A stretch of 64,000 bases of DNA from Eledone cirrhosa (Eukaryota). The notes beneath the pieces are model-generated. The model saw only the letters and a program-made list of their open reading frames with translations, was not told the origin of the DNA and did not search any database. Of the stretch, positions 1-15,300 are shown piece after piece (position 1 is the first letter of the stretch; each line of letters starts with the position of its first letter). A program made the translations under genes and the position numbers. Where the stretch lies: NCBI GenBank assembly GCA_964016885.1, contig OZ024742.1, positions 12,028,001 to 12,092,000 on the forward strand, in the 5' to 3' direction.

Positions 1-366
1 GATGTGATAGAGATATGTTGACAGTTGAGATGTGATAGGGATAGAGATGTGTTGACAGTTGATATGTGATAGAGATAGAGATATGTTGACAGTTGAGATG
101 TGATAGAGATATGTTGACAGTTGAGATGTGATAGAGATAGAGATATGTTGACAGTTGAGATGTGATAGAGATAGAGATATGTTGACAGTTGAGATGTGAT
201 AGATATAGAGATATGTTGACAGTTGAGATATGATAGCGATGGAGATATGTTGACAGTTGAGATGTGATAGAGATATGTTGACAGTTGAGATGTGATAGAG
301 TTAGAAATATGTTGACAGTTGAGATGTGATAGATATAGAGATATGTTGACAGTTGAGATGTGATAA

Positions 367-3300
367 AGATAGAGATATGTTGACAGTTGAGATGTGATAG
401 AGATAGAGATATGTTGACAGTTGAGATATGATAGCGATGGAGATATGTTGACAGTTGAGATGTGATATAGATATAGAGATAGGTTGACAGTTGAGATCTG
501 ATAGAGATAGAGATATGTTGACAGTTGAGATATGATAGAGATGGAGATATGTTGACAGTTGACATGTGATAGAGATATGTTGACAGTTGAGATGTGATAG
601 AGATAGAGATATGTTTACAGTTGAGATGTGATATAGATATGTTGACAGTTGAGATGTGATAGAGATAGAGATATGTTAACAGTTGAGATGTGATAGAGAT
701 AGAGATATGTTGACAGTTGAGATGTGATAGAGAAAGAGATATGTTGACAGTTGAGATGTGATAGATATAGAGATATGTTGACAGTTGAGATGTGATAGAT
801 ATAGAGATATGTTGACAGTTGAGATGTGATAGATATAGAGATAGGTTGACAGTTGAGATGTGATAGAGATAGAGATATGTTGGCAGTTGAGATATGATAG
901 AGATGGAGATATGTTGACAGTTGACATGTGATAGAGATATGTTGACAGTTGAGATGTGATAGAGATAGAGATATGTTTACAGTTGAGATGTGATAGAGAT
1001 GGAGATATGTTGACAGTTGAGATGTGATAGAGATATGTTGACAGTTGAGATGTGATAGAGATAGAGATATGTTGACAGTTGATATGTGATAGATATAGAG
1101 ATATGTTGACAGTTGATATGTGATAGATATAGAGATATGTTGACAGTTAGATGTGATAGAGATAGAGATATGTTGACAGTTGAGATGTGATAAAGATAGA
1201 GATATGTTGACAGTTGAGATGTGATAGATATAGAGATATGTTGACAGTTGCGATGTGATAGATATAGAGATATGTTGACAGGTGAGATGTGATAGAGATA
1301 GAGATATGTTGACAGTTGATAGGTGATAGATATAGCGATATGTTGACAGTTGAGATGTGATAGAAATAGAGAGATGTTGACAGTTGATAAGTGATAGATA
1401 TAGCGATATGTTGACAGTTGAGATATGATAGAGATAGAGATGTGTTGACAGTTGAGATGTGATAGAGATAGAGATATGTTGACAGTTGAGATGTGATAGA
1501 GATAGAGATATGTTGACAGTTGAGATGTGATAGAGATAGAGATTTGTTGACAGTTGAGATGTGATAGAGATATGTTGACAGGTGAGATGTGATAGAGATA
1601 GAGATATGTTGACAGTTGATAGGTGATAGATATAGCGATATGTTGACAGTTGCGATGTGACAGATATAGAGATATGTTGACAGTTGAGATGTGATAGGGA
1701 TAGAGATATGTTGACAGTTGAGATGTGATGGAGATAGAGATATGTGGACAGTTGATATCTGATAGATATAGAGATATATTGACAGTTGAGATGTGATAGA
1801 TATAGAGATATGTTGACAGTTGAGATGTGATAGGGATAGAGATATGTTGACAGTTGAGATGTGATAGAGATAGAGATATGTTGACAGTTGAGATGTGATA
1901 GAGATAGAGATATGTTGACAGTTGATATGTGATAGATATAGAGATATGTTGAGAGTTGAGATGTGATAGAGATAGAGATATGTTGACAGTTGAGATGTGA
2001 TAGAGATATGTTGACAGTTGAGATGTGATATATATAGAGATATCTTGACAGTTGAGATGTGATAGATATAGAGATATGTTGACAGTTGAGATGTGAGAGA
2101 TATAGAGATATGTTGACAGTTGACATGTGATAGAGATATGTAGACAGTTGAGATGTGATAGAGATAGAGATATCTTGACAGTTGAGATGTGATAGAGATA
2201 GAGATATCTTGACAGTTGAGATGTGATAGAGATATGTTGACAGTTGAGATGTGATAGGGATAGAGATATGTTGACAGTTGAGATGTGATAGATATAGAGA
2301 TAGGTTGACAGTTGAGATCTGATAGAGATAGAGATATGTTGACAGTTGAGATATGATAGAGATGGAGATATGTTGACAGTTGACATGTGATAGAGATATG
2401 TTGACAGTTGAGATGTGATAGAGATAGAGATATGTTTACAGTTGAGATGTGATATAGATATGTTGACAGTTGAGATGTGATAGAGATAGAGATATGTTAA
2501 CATTTGAGATGTGATAGAGATAGAGATATGTTGACAGTTGAGATGTGATAGAGAAAGAGATATGTTGACAGTTGAGATGTGATAGATATAGAGATATGTT
2601 GACAGTTGAGATGTGATAGATATAGAGATATGTTGACAGTTGAGATGTGATAGATATAGAGATAGGTTGACAGTTGAGATGTGATAGAGATAGAGATATG
2701 TTGACAGTTGAGATATGATAGAGATGGAGATATGTTGACAGTTGACATGTGATAGAGATATGTTGACAGTTGAGATGTGATAGAGATAGAGATATGTTTA
2801 CAGTTGAGATGTGATAGAGATGGAGATATGTTGACAGTTGAGATGTGATAGAGATATGTTGACAGTTGAGATGTGATAGAGATAGAGATATGTTGACAGT
2901 TGATATGTGATAGATATAGAGATATGTTGACAGTTGATATGTGATAGATATAGAGATATGTTGACAGTTAGATGTGATAGAGATAGAGATATGTTGACAG
3001 TTGAGATGTGATAAAGATAGAGATATGTTGACAGTTGAGATGTGATAGATATAGAGATATGTTGACAGTTGCGATGTGATAGATATAGAGATATGTTGAC
3101 AGGTGAGATGTGATAGAGATAGAGATATGTTGACAGTTGATAGGTGATAGATATAGCGATATGTTGACAGTTGAGATGTGATAGAAATAGAGAGATGTTG
3201 ACAGTTGATAAGTGATAGATATAGCGATATGTTGACAGTTGAGATATGATAGAGATAGAGATGTGTTGACAGTTGAGATGTGATAGAGATAGAGATATGT

Positions 3301-6300
3301 TGACAGTTGAGATGTGATAGAGATAGAGATATGTTGACAGTTGAGATGTGATAGAGATAGAGATTTGTTGACAGTTGAGATGTGATAGAGATATGTTGAC
3401 AGGTGAGATGTGATAGAGATAGAGATATGTTGACAGTTGATAGGTGATAGATATAGCGATATGTTGACAGTTGCGATGTGACAGATATAGAGATATGTTG
3501 ACAGTTGATATCTGATAGATATAGAGATATATTGACAGTTGAGATGTGATAGATATAGAGATATGTTGACAGTTGAGATGTGATAGGGATAGAGATATGT
3601 TGACAGTTGAGATGTGATAGAGATAGAGATATGTTGACAGTTGAGATGTGATAGATATAGAGATATGTTGACAGTTGAGATGTGATAGATATAGAGATAT
3701 GTTGACAATTGTGATGTGATAGATATAGAGATATGTTGACAGTTGAGATGTGATAGAGATATGTTGACAGTTGAGATGTGATAGAGATATAGATATCTTG
3801 ACAGTTGAGATGTGATAGAGATATGTTGACAGTTGAGATGTAATTGAGATAGAGATATGTTGACAGTTGAGATGTGATAGATATAGAGATATGTTGACAG
3901 TTTAGATATGATAGAGATGGAGATATGTTAACAGTTGATAAGTGATAGATATAGAGATATGTTGACAGTTGAGATGTGATCGAGATAGAGATATGTTGAC
4001 AGTTGATAAGTGATAGAGATGGAGATATGTTGACAGTTTAAATGTGATAGAGATAGAGATATGTTGACAGTTGAGATGTGATAGAGATAGATATATGTGG
4101 ACAGTTGATATGTGATAGATATAGAGATATGTTGACAGTTAGATGTGATAGAGATAGAGATATGTTGACAGTTGAGATGTGATAGAGATAGAGATATGTT
4201 GACAGTTGAGATGTGATAGAGATAGAGATATGTTGACAGCTGATATCTGATAGATATAGAGATATATTGACAGTTGAGATGTGATAGATATAGAGATATA
4301 TTGACAGTTGAGATATGATAGAGATGGAGATATGTTGACAGTTGATAAGTGATAGATATAGAGATATGTTGACAGTTGAGATGTGATAGGGATAGAGATA
4401 TGTTGACAGTTGAGATGTGATAGAGATATGTTGACAGTTGAGATGTCATAGAGATAGAGATATGTTGACAGTTGATATGTGATAGATATAGAGATATGTT
4501 GACAGTTAGATGTGATAGATATAGAGATATGTTGAGAGTTGAGATGTGATAAAGACAGAGATATGTTGACAGTTGAGATGTGATAGAGATAGAGATATGT
4601 TGACAGTTGAGATGTGATAGAGATAGAGATATGTTGACAGTTGAGATGTGATAGAGATATGTTGACAGTTGAGTTGTGATATATATAGAGATATGTTGAC
4701 AGTTGAGATGTGATAGATATAGAGATATGTTGACAGTTGAGATGTGAGAGATATAGAGATATGTTGACAGTTGAGATGTGATAGAGATATGTAGACAGTT
4801 GAGATGTGATAGAGATAGAGATATCTTGACAGTTGAGATGTGATAGAGATAGAGATATCTTGACAGTTGAAATGTGATAGAGATATGTTGACAGTTGAGA
4901 TGTGATAGGGATAGAGATATGTTGACAGTTGAGATGTGATAGATATAGAGATAGGTTGACAGTTGAGATCTGATAGAGATAGAGATATGTTGACAGTTGA
5001 GATATGATAGAGATGGAGATATGTTGACAGTTGACATGTGATAGAGATATGTTGACAGTTGAGATGTGATAGAGATAGAGATATGTTTACAGTTGAGATG
5101 TGATATAGATATGTTGACAGTTGAGATGTGATAGAGATAGAGATATGTTAACAGTTGAGATGTGATAGAGATAGAGATATGTTGACAGTTGAGATGTGAT
5201 AGAGAAAGAGATATGTTGACAGTTGAGATGTGATAGATATAGAGATATGTTGACAGTTGAGATGTGATAGATATAGAGATATGTTGACAGTTGAGATGTG
5301 ATAGATATAGAGATAGGTTGACAGTTGAGATGTGATAGAGATAGAGATATGTTGGCAGTTGAGATATGATAGAGATGGAGATATGTTGACAGTTGACATG
5401 TGATAGAGATATGTTGACAGTTGAGATGTGATAGAGATAGAGATATGTTTACAGTTGAGATGTGATAGAGATGGAGATATGTTGACAGTTGAGATGTGAT
5501 AGAGATATGTTGACAGTTGAGATGTGATAGAGATAGAGATATGTTGACAGTTGATATGTGATAGATATAGAGATATGTTGACAGTTGATATGTGATAGAT
5601 ATAGAGATATGTTGACAGTTAGATGTGATAGAGATAGAGATATGTTGACAGTTGAGATGTGATAAAGATAGAGATATGTTGACAGTTGAGATGTGATAGA
5701 TATAGAGATATGTTGACAGTTGCGATGTGATAGATATAGAGATATGTTGACAGGTGAGATGTGATAGAGATAGAGATATGTTGACAGTTGATAGGTGATA
5801 GATATAGCGATATGTTGACAGTTGAGATGTGATAGAAATAGAGAGATGTTGACAGTTGATAAGTGATAGATATAGCGATATGTTGACAGTTGAGATATGA
5901 TAGAGATAGAGATGTGTTGACAGTTGAGATGTGATAGAGATAGAGATATGTTGACAGTTGAGATGTGATAGAGATAGAGATATGTTGACAGTTGAGATGT
6001 GATAGAGATAGAGATTTGTTGACAGTTGAGATGTGATAGAGATATGTTGACAGGTGAGATGTGATAGAGATAGAGATATGTTGACAGTTGATAGGTGATA
6101 GATATAGCGATATGTTGACAGTTGCGATGTGACAGATATAGAGATATGTTGACAGTTGAGATGTGATAGGGATAGAGATATGTTGACAGTTGAGATGTGA
6201 TGGAGATAGAGATATGTGGACAGTTGATATCTGATAGATATAGAGATATATTGACAGTTGAGATGTGATAGATATAGAGATATGTTGACAGTTGAGATGT

Positions 6301-9300
6301 GATAGCGATAGAGATATGTTGACAGTTGAGATGTGATAGAGATAGAGATATGTTGACAGTTGATATGTGATAGATATAGAGATATGTTGAGAGTTGAGAT
6401 GTGATAGAGATAGAGATATGTTGACAGTTGAGATGTGATAGAGATATGTTGACAGTTGAGATGTGATATATATAGAGATATCTTGACAGTTGAGATGTGA
6501 TAGATATAGAGATATGTTGACAGTTGAGATGTGAGAGATATAGAGATATGTTGACAGTTGACATGTGATAGAGATATGTAGACAGTTGAGATGTGATAGA
6601 GATAGAGATATCTTGACAGTTGAGATGTGATAGAGATAGAGATATCTTGACAGTTGAGATGTGATAGAGATATGTTGACAGTTGAGATGTGATAGGGATA
6701 GAGATATGTTGACAGTTGAGATGTGATAGATATAGAGATAGGTTGACAGTTGAGATCTGATAGAGATAGAGATATGTTGACAGTTGAGATATGATAGAGA
6801 TGGAGATATGTTGACAGTTGACATGTGATAGAGATATGTTGACAGTTGAGATGTGATAGAGATAGAGATATGTTTACAGTTGAGATGTGATATAGATATG
6901 TTGACAGTTGAGATGTGATAGAGATAGAGATATGTTAACATTTGAGATGTGATAGAGATAGAGATATGTTAACAGTTGAGATGTGATAGAGAAAGAGATA
7001 TGTTGACAGTTGAGATGTGATAGATATAGAGATATGTTGACAGTTGAGATGTGATAGATATAGAGATATGTTGACAGTTGAGATGTGATAGATATAGAGA
7101 TAGGTTGACAGTTGAGATGTGATAGAGATAGAGATATGTTGACAGTTGAGATATGATAGAGATGGAGATATGTTGACAGTTGACATGTGATAGAGATATG
7201 TTGACAGTTGAGATGTGATAGAGATAGAGATATGTTTACAGTTGAGATGTGATAGAGATGGAGATATGTTGACAGTTGAGATGTGATAGAGATATGTTGA
7301 CAGTTGAGATGTGATAGAGATAGAGATATGTTGACAGTTGATATGTGATAGATATAGAGATATGTTGACAGTTGATATGTGATAGATATAGAGATATGTT
7401 GACAGTTAGATGTGATAGAGATAGAGATATGTTGACAGTTGAGATGTGATAAAGATAGAGATATGTTGACAGTTGAGATGTGATAGATATAGAGATATGT
7501 TGACAGTTGCGATGTGATAGATATAGAGATATGTTGACAGGTGAGATGTGATAGAGATAGAGATATGTTGACAGTTGAGATGTGATAGAGATAGAGATAT
7601 GTTGACAGTTGATAGGTGATAGATATAGCGATATGTTGACAGTTGCGATGTGACAGATATAGAGATATGTTGACAGTTGATATCTGATAGATATAGAGAT
7701 ATATTGACAGTTGAGATGTGATAGATATAGAGATATGTTGACAGTTGAGATGTGATAGGGATAGAGATATGTTGACAGTTGAGATGTGATAGAGATAGAG
7801 ATATGTTGACAGTTGAGATGTGATAGATATAGAGATATGTTGACAGTTGCGATGTGACAGATATAGAGATATGTTGACAGTTGATATCTGATAGATATAG
7901 AGATATATTGACAGTTGAGATGTGATAGATATAGAGATATGTTGACAGTTGAGATGTGATAGGGATAGAGATATGTTGACAGTTGAGATGTGATAGAGAT
8001 AGAGATATGTTGACAGTTGAGATGTGATAGATATAGAGATATGTTGACAGTTGAGATGTGATAGATATAGAGATATGTTGACAATTGTGATGTGATAGAT
8101 ATAGAGATATGTTGACAGTTGAGATGTGATAGAGATATGTTGACAGTTGAGATGTGATAGAGATATAGATATCTTGACAGTTGAGATGTGATAGAGATAT
8201 GTTGACAGTTGAGATGTAATTGAGATAGAGATATGTTGACAGTTGAGATGTGATAGATATAGAGATATGTTGACAGTTTAGATATGATAGAGATGGAGAT
8301 ATGTTAACAGTTGATAAGTGATAGATATAGAGATATGTTGACAGTTGAGATGTGATCGAGATAGAGATATGTTGACAGTTGATAAGTGATAGAGATGGAG
8401 ATATGTTGACAGTTTAAATGTGATAGAGATAGAGATATGTTGACAGTTGAGATGTGATAGAGATAGATATATGTGGACAGTTGATATGTGATAGATATAG
8501 AGATATGTTGACAGTTAGATGTGATAGAGATAGAGATATGTTGACAGTTGAGATGTGATAGAGATAGAGATATGTTGACAGTTGAGATGTGATAGAGATA
8601 GAGATATGTTGACAGCTGATATCTGATAGATATAGAGATATATTGACAGTTGAGATGTGATAGATATAGAGATATATTGACAGTTGAGATATGATAGAGA
8701 TGGAGATATGTTGACAGTTGATAAGTGATAGATATAGAGATATGTTGACAGTTGAGATGTGATAGGGATAGAGATATGTTGACAGTTGAGATGTGATAGA
8801 GATATGTTGACAGTTGAGATGTCATAGAGATAGAGATATGTTGACAGTTGATATGTGATAGATATAGAGATATGTTGACAGTTAGATGTGATAGATATAG
8901 AGATATGTTGAGAGTTGAGATGTGATAAAGACAGAGATATGTTGACAGTTGAGATGTGATAGAGATAGAGATATGTTGACAGTTGAGATGTGATAGAGAT
9001 AGAGATATGTTGACAGTTGAGATGTGATAGAGATATGTTGACAGTTGAGTTGTGATATATATAGAGATATGTTGACAGTTGAGATGTGATAGATATAGAG
9101 ATATGTTGACAGTTGAGATGTGAGAGATATAGAGATATGTTGACAGTTGAGATGTGATAGAGATATGTAGACAGTTGAGATGTGATAGAGATAGAGATAT
9201 CTTGACAGTTGAGATGTGATAGAGATAGAGATATCTTGACAGTTGAGATGTGATAGAGATAGAGATATCTTGACAGTTGAGATGTGATAGAGATATGTTG

Positions 9301-12300
9301 ACAGTTGAGATGTGATAGGGATAGAGATGTGTTGACAGTTGATATGTGATAGAGATAGAGATATGTTGACAGTTGAGATGTGATAGAGATATGTTGACAG
9401 TTGAGATGTGATAGAGATAGAGATATGTTGACAGTTGAGATGTGATAGAGATAGAGATATGTTGACAGTTGAGATGTGATAGATATAGAGATATGTTGAC
9501 AGTTGAGATATGATAGCGATGGAGATATGTTGACAGTTGAGATGTGATAGAGATATGTTGACAGTTGAGATGTGATAGAGTTAGAAATATGTTGACAGTT
9601 GAGATGTGATAGATATAGAGATATGTTGACAGTTGAGATGTGATAAAGATAGAGATATGTTGACAGTTGAGATGTGATAGAGATAGAGATATGTTGACAG
9701 TTGAGATATGATAGCGATGGAGATATGTTGACAGTTGAGATGTGATATAGATATGTTGACAGTTGAGATGTGATAGAGTTAGAAATATGTTGACAGTTGA
9801 GATGTGATAGATATAGAGATATGTTGACAGTTGAGATATGATAGAGATAGAGATATGTTGACAGTTGAGATGTGATAGAGATGGAGGTATGTTAACAGTT
9901 GATAAGTGATAGATATAGAGATATGTTGACAGTTGAGATGTGATCGAGATAGAGATATGTTGACAGTTGATAAGTGATAAAGATGGAGATATGTTGACAG
10001 TTGAGATGTGATAGAGATGGAGATATGTTAACAGTTGATAAGTGATAGATATAGAGATATGTTGACAGTTGACATGTGATCGAGATAGAGATATGTTGAC
10101 AGTTGATAAGTGATAGAGATGGAGATATGTTGACAGTTGAAATGTGATAGAGATAGAGATATGTTGACAGTTGAGATGTGATAGAGATAGATATATGTGC
10201 ACAGTTGATATGTGATAGATATAGAGATATGTTGACAGTTGAGATATGATAGAGATGGAGATATGTTGACAGTTGAGATGTGATAGAGATGGAGATATGT
10301 TGACAGTTGATAAGTGATAGATATAGAGATATGTTGACAGTTGAGATGTGATAGGGATAGAGATATGTTGACAGTTAGATGTGATAGAGATAGAGATATA
10401 TTGAGAGTTGAGATGTGATAAAGACAGAGATATGTTGACAGTTGAGATGTGATAGAGATAGAGATATGTTGACAGTTGAGATGTGATAGAGATAGAGATA
10501 TGTTGACAGTTGAGATGTGATAGAGATATGTTGACAGTTGAGATGTGATATATATAGAGATATGTTGACAGTTGAGATGTGATAGATATAGAGATATGTT
10601 GACAGTTGAGATGTGAGAGATATAGAGATATGTTGACCGTTGAGATGTGATAGAGATATGTAGACAGTTGAGATGTGATAGAGATAGAGATATTTTGACA
10701 GTTGAGATGTGATAGAGATAGAGATATCTTGACAGTTGAGATGTGATAGAGATATGTTGACAGTTGAGATGTGATAGGGATAGAGATGTGTTGACAGTTG
10801 AGATGTGATAGAGATAGAGATATGTTGACAGTTGAGATGTGATAGAGATATGTTGACAGTTGAGATGTGATAGAGATAGAGATATGTTGACAGTTGAGAT
10901 GTGATAGAGATAGAGATATGTTGACAGTTGAGATGTGATAGAGAAAGAGATATGTTGACAGTTGAGATGTGATAGATATAGAGATATGTTGACAGTTGAG
11001 ATGTGATAGATATAGAGATATGTTGACAGTTGAGATATGATAGCGATGGAGATATGTTGACAGTTGAGATGTGATAGAGATATGTTGACAGTTGAGATGT
11101 GATAGAGTTAGAAATATGTTGACAGTTGAGATGTGATAGATATAGAGATATGTTGACAGTTGAGATGTGATAAAGATAGAGATATGTTGACAGTTGAGAT
11201 GTGATAGAGATAGAGATATGTTGACAGTTGAGATATGATAGCGATGGAGATATGTTGTCAGTTGAGATGTGATAGAGATATGTTGACAGTTGAGATGTGA
11301 TAGAGTTAGAAATATGTTGACAGTTGAGATGTGATAGATATAGAGATATGTTGACAGTTGAGATATGATAGCGATGGAGATATGTTGACAGTTGAGATGT
11401 GATAGAGCAAGAGATATGTTGACAGTTGAGATGTGATAGATATAGAGATATGTTGACAGTTGAGATATGATAGCGATGGAGATATGTTGACAGTTGAGAT
11501 GTGATAGAGATATGTTGACAGTTGAGATGTGATAGAGTTAGAAATATGTTGACAGTTGAGAATTGATAGATATAAAGATATGTTGACAGTTGAGATGTGA
11601 TAAAGATAGAGATATGTTGACAGTTGAGATGTGATAGAGATATGTTGACAGTTGAGATGTGATAGATATAGAGATATGTTGACAGTTGAGATGTGATAGA
11701 TATAGAGATATGTTGACAGTTGAGATGTGATAGATATAGAGATATGTTGACAGCTGAGATGTGATAGAGATAGAGATATGTTGACAGTTGTGATGTGATA
11801 GATATAGAGATATTTTGACAGTTGAGATGTGATAGATATAGAGATATGTTGACAGTTGAGATCTGATAGATATATAGAGATATGTTGACAGTTGAGATGT
11901 GATAGAGTTAGAAATATGTTGACAGTTGAGATGTGATAGATATAGAGATATGTTGACAGTTGTGATGTGATAGAGAAAGAGATATTTTGACAGTTGAGAT
12001 GTGATAGAGAAAGAGATATGTTGACAGTTGAAATGTGATAGAGAAAGAGATATGTTGACAGTTGAGATGTGTTGACAGTTGAGAGGTGATAGAGAAAGAG
12101 ATATTTTGACAGTTGATAGGTGATATATATAGCGATATGTTGACAGTTGAGATGTGATAGAGATAGAGATATGTTGACAGTTGATAAGTGATAGATATAG
12201 AGATATGTTGACAGTTGAGATATGATAGATATAGAGATATGTTGACAGTTGTGATGTGATAGAGAAAGAGATATTTTGACAGCTGAGATGTGATAGAGAA

Positions 12301-15300
12301 AGAGATATGTTGACAGTTGAAATGTGATAGAGAAAGAGATATGTTGACAGTTGAGATGTGATAGGGATAGAGATGTGTTGACAGTTGAGAGGTGATAGAT
12401 ATAAAGATATGTTGACAGTTGAGATGTGATAGAGATAGAGATATGTTGACAGTTGATAAGTGATAGATATAGAGATATGTTGACAGTTGAGATGTGATAG
12501 AGATAGAGATATGTTGACAGTTGAGATGTGATAGATATAGAGATATGTTGACAGTTGAGATGTGATAGATATAGAGATATGTTGACAGTTGAGATGTGAT
12601 AGATATAGAGATATGTTGACAGTTGATAAGTGATAGATATAGAGATATGTTGACAGTTGAGATGTGATAGAGATAGAGATATGTTGACAGTTGAGATGTG
12701 ATAGATATAGAGATATGTTGACAGTTGAGATGTGATAGATATAGAGATATGTTGACAGTTGAGATGTGATAAAGATAGAGATATGTTGACAGTTGAGATG
12801 TGATAGAGATAGAGATATGTTGACAGTTGAGATATGATAGCGATGGAGATATGTTGACAGTTGAGATGTGATATAGATATGTTGACAGTTGAGATGTGAT
12901 AGAGTTAGAAATATGTTGACAGTTGAGATGTGATAGATATAGAGATATGTTGACAGTTGAGATATGATAGAGATAGAGATATGTTGACAGTTGAGATGTG
13001 ATAGAGATGGAGATATGTTAACAGTTGATAAGTGATAGATATAGAGATATGTTGACAGTTGACATGTGATCGAGATAGAGATATGTTGACAGTTGATAAG
13101 TGATAGAGATGGAGATATGTTGACAGTTGAAATGTGATAGAGATAGAGATATGTTGACAGTTGAGATGTGATAGAGATAGAGATATGTTGACAGTTGATA
13201 TCTGATAGATATAGAGATATATTGACAGTTGAGATGTGATATATATAGAGATATGTTGACAGTTGAGATATGATAGAGATGGAGATATGTTGACAGTTGA
13301 GATGTGATAGAGATGGAGATATGTTGACAGTTAGATGTGATAGATATAGAGATATGTTGACAGTTGAGATGTGATAGAGATAGAGATATGTTGACAGTTG
13401 AGATGTGATAGAGATAGAGATATGTTGACAGTTGATATCTGATAGATATAGAGATATATTGACAGTTGAGATGTGATAGATATAGAGATATGTTGACAGT
13501 TGAGATATGATAGAGATGGAGATATGTTGACAGTTGAGATGTGATAGAGATGGAGATATGTTGACAGTTGATAAGTGATAGATATAGAGATATGTTGACA
13601 GTTGAGATGTGATAGGGATAGAGATATGTTGACAGTTAGATGTGATAGAGATAGAGATATGTTGAGAGTTGAGATGTGATAAAGACAGAGATATGTTGAC
13701 AGTTGAGATGTGATAGAGATAGAGATATGTTGACAGTTGAGATGTGATAGAGATAGAGATATGTTGACAGTTGAGATGTGATAGAGATATGTTGACAGTT
13801 GAGATGTGATATATATAGAGATATGTTGACAGTTGAGATGTGATAGATATAGAGATATGTTGACAGTTGAGATGTGAGAGATATAGAGATATGTTGACCG
13901 TTGAGATGTGATAGAGATATGTAGACAGTTGAGATGTGATAGAGATAGAGATATCTTGACAGTTGAGATGTGATAGAGATAGAGATATCTTGACAGTTGA
14001 GATGTGATAGAGATATGTTGACAGTTGAGATGTGATAGGGATAGAGATGTGTTGACAGTTGAGATGTGATAGAGATAGAGATATGTTGACAGTTGAGATG
14101 TGATAGAGATATGTTGACAGTTGAGATGTGATAGAGATAGAGATATGTTGACAGTTGAGATGTGATAGAGATAGAGATATGTTGACAGTTGAGATGTGAT
14201 AGAGAAAGAGATATGTTGACAGTTGAGATGTGATAGATATAGAGATATGTTGACAGTTGAGATGTGATAGATATAGAGATATGTTGACAGTTGAGATATG
14301 ATAGCGATGGAGATATGTTGACAGTTGAGATGTGATAGAGATAGAGATATGTTGACAGTTGAGATATGATAGCGATGGAGATATGTTGTCAGTTGAGATG
14401 TGATAGAGATATGTTGACAGTTGAGATGTGATAGAGTTAGAAATATGTTGACAGTTGAGATGTGATAGATATAGAGATATGTTGACAGTTGAGATATGAT
14501 AACGATGGAGATATGTTGACAGTTGAGATGTGATAGAGATATGTTGACAGTTGAGATGTGATAGAGTTAGAAATATGTTGACAGTTGAGAATTGATAGAT
14601 ATAAAGATATGTTGACAGTTGAGATGTGATAGAGATAGAGATATGTTGACAGTTGAGATGTGATAGAGATATGTTGACAGTTGAGATGTGATATATATAG
14701 AGATATGTTGACAGTTGAGATGTGATAGATATAGAGATATGTTGACAGTTGAGATGTGAGAGATATAGAGATATGTTGACCGTTGAGATGTGATAGAGAT
14801 ATGTAGACAGTTGAGATGTGATAGAGATAGAGATATCTTGACAGTTGAGATGTGATAGAGATAGAGATATCTTGACAGTTGAGATGTGATAGAGATATGT
14901 TGACAGTTGAGATGTGATAGGGATAGAGATGTGTTGACAGTTGAGATGTGATAGAGATAGAGATATGTTGACAGTTGAGATGTGATAGAGATATGTTGAC
15001 AGTTGAGATGTGATAGAGATATGTTGACAGTTGAGATGTGATAGAGATAGAGATATGTTGACAGTTGAGATGTGATAGAGATAGAGATATGTTGACAGTT
15101 GAGATGTGATAGAGAAAGAGATATGTTGACAGTTGAGATGTGATAGATATAGAGATATGTTGACAGTTGAGATGTGATAGATATAGAGATATGTTGACAG
15201 TTGAGATATGATAGCGATGGAGATATGTTGACAGTTGAGATGTGATAGAGATATGTTGACAGTTGAGATGTGATAGAGTTAGAAATATGTTGACAGTTGA

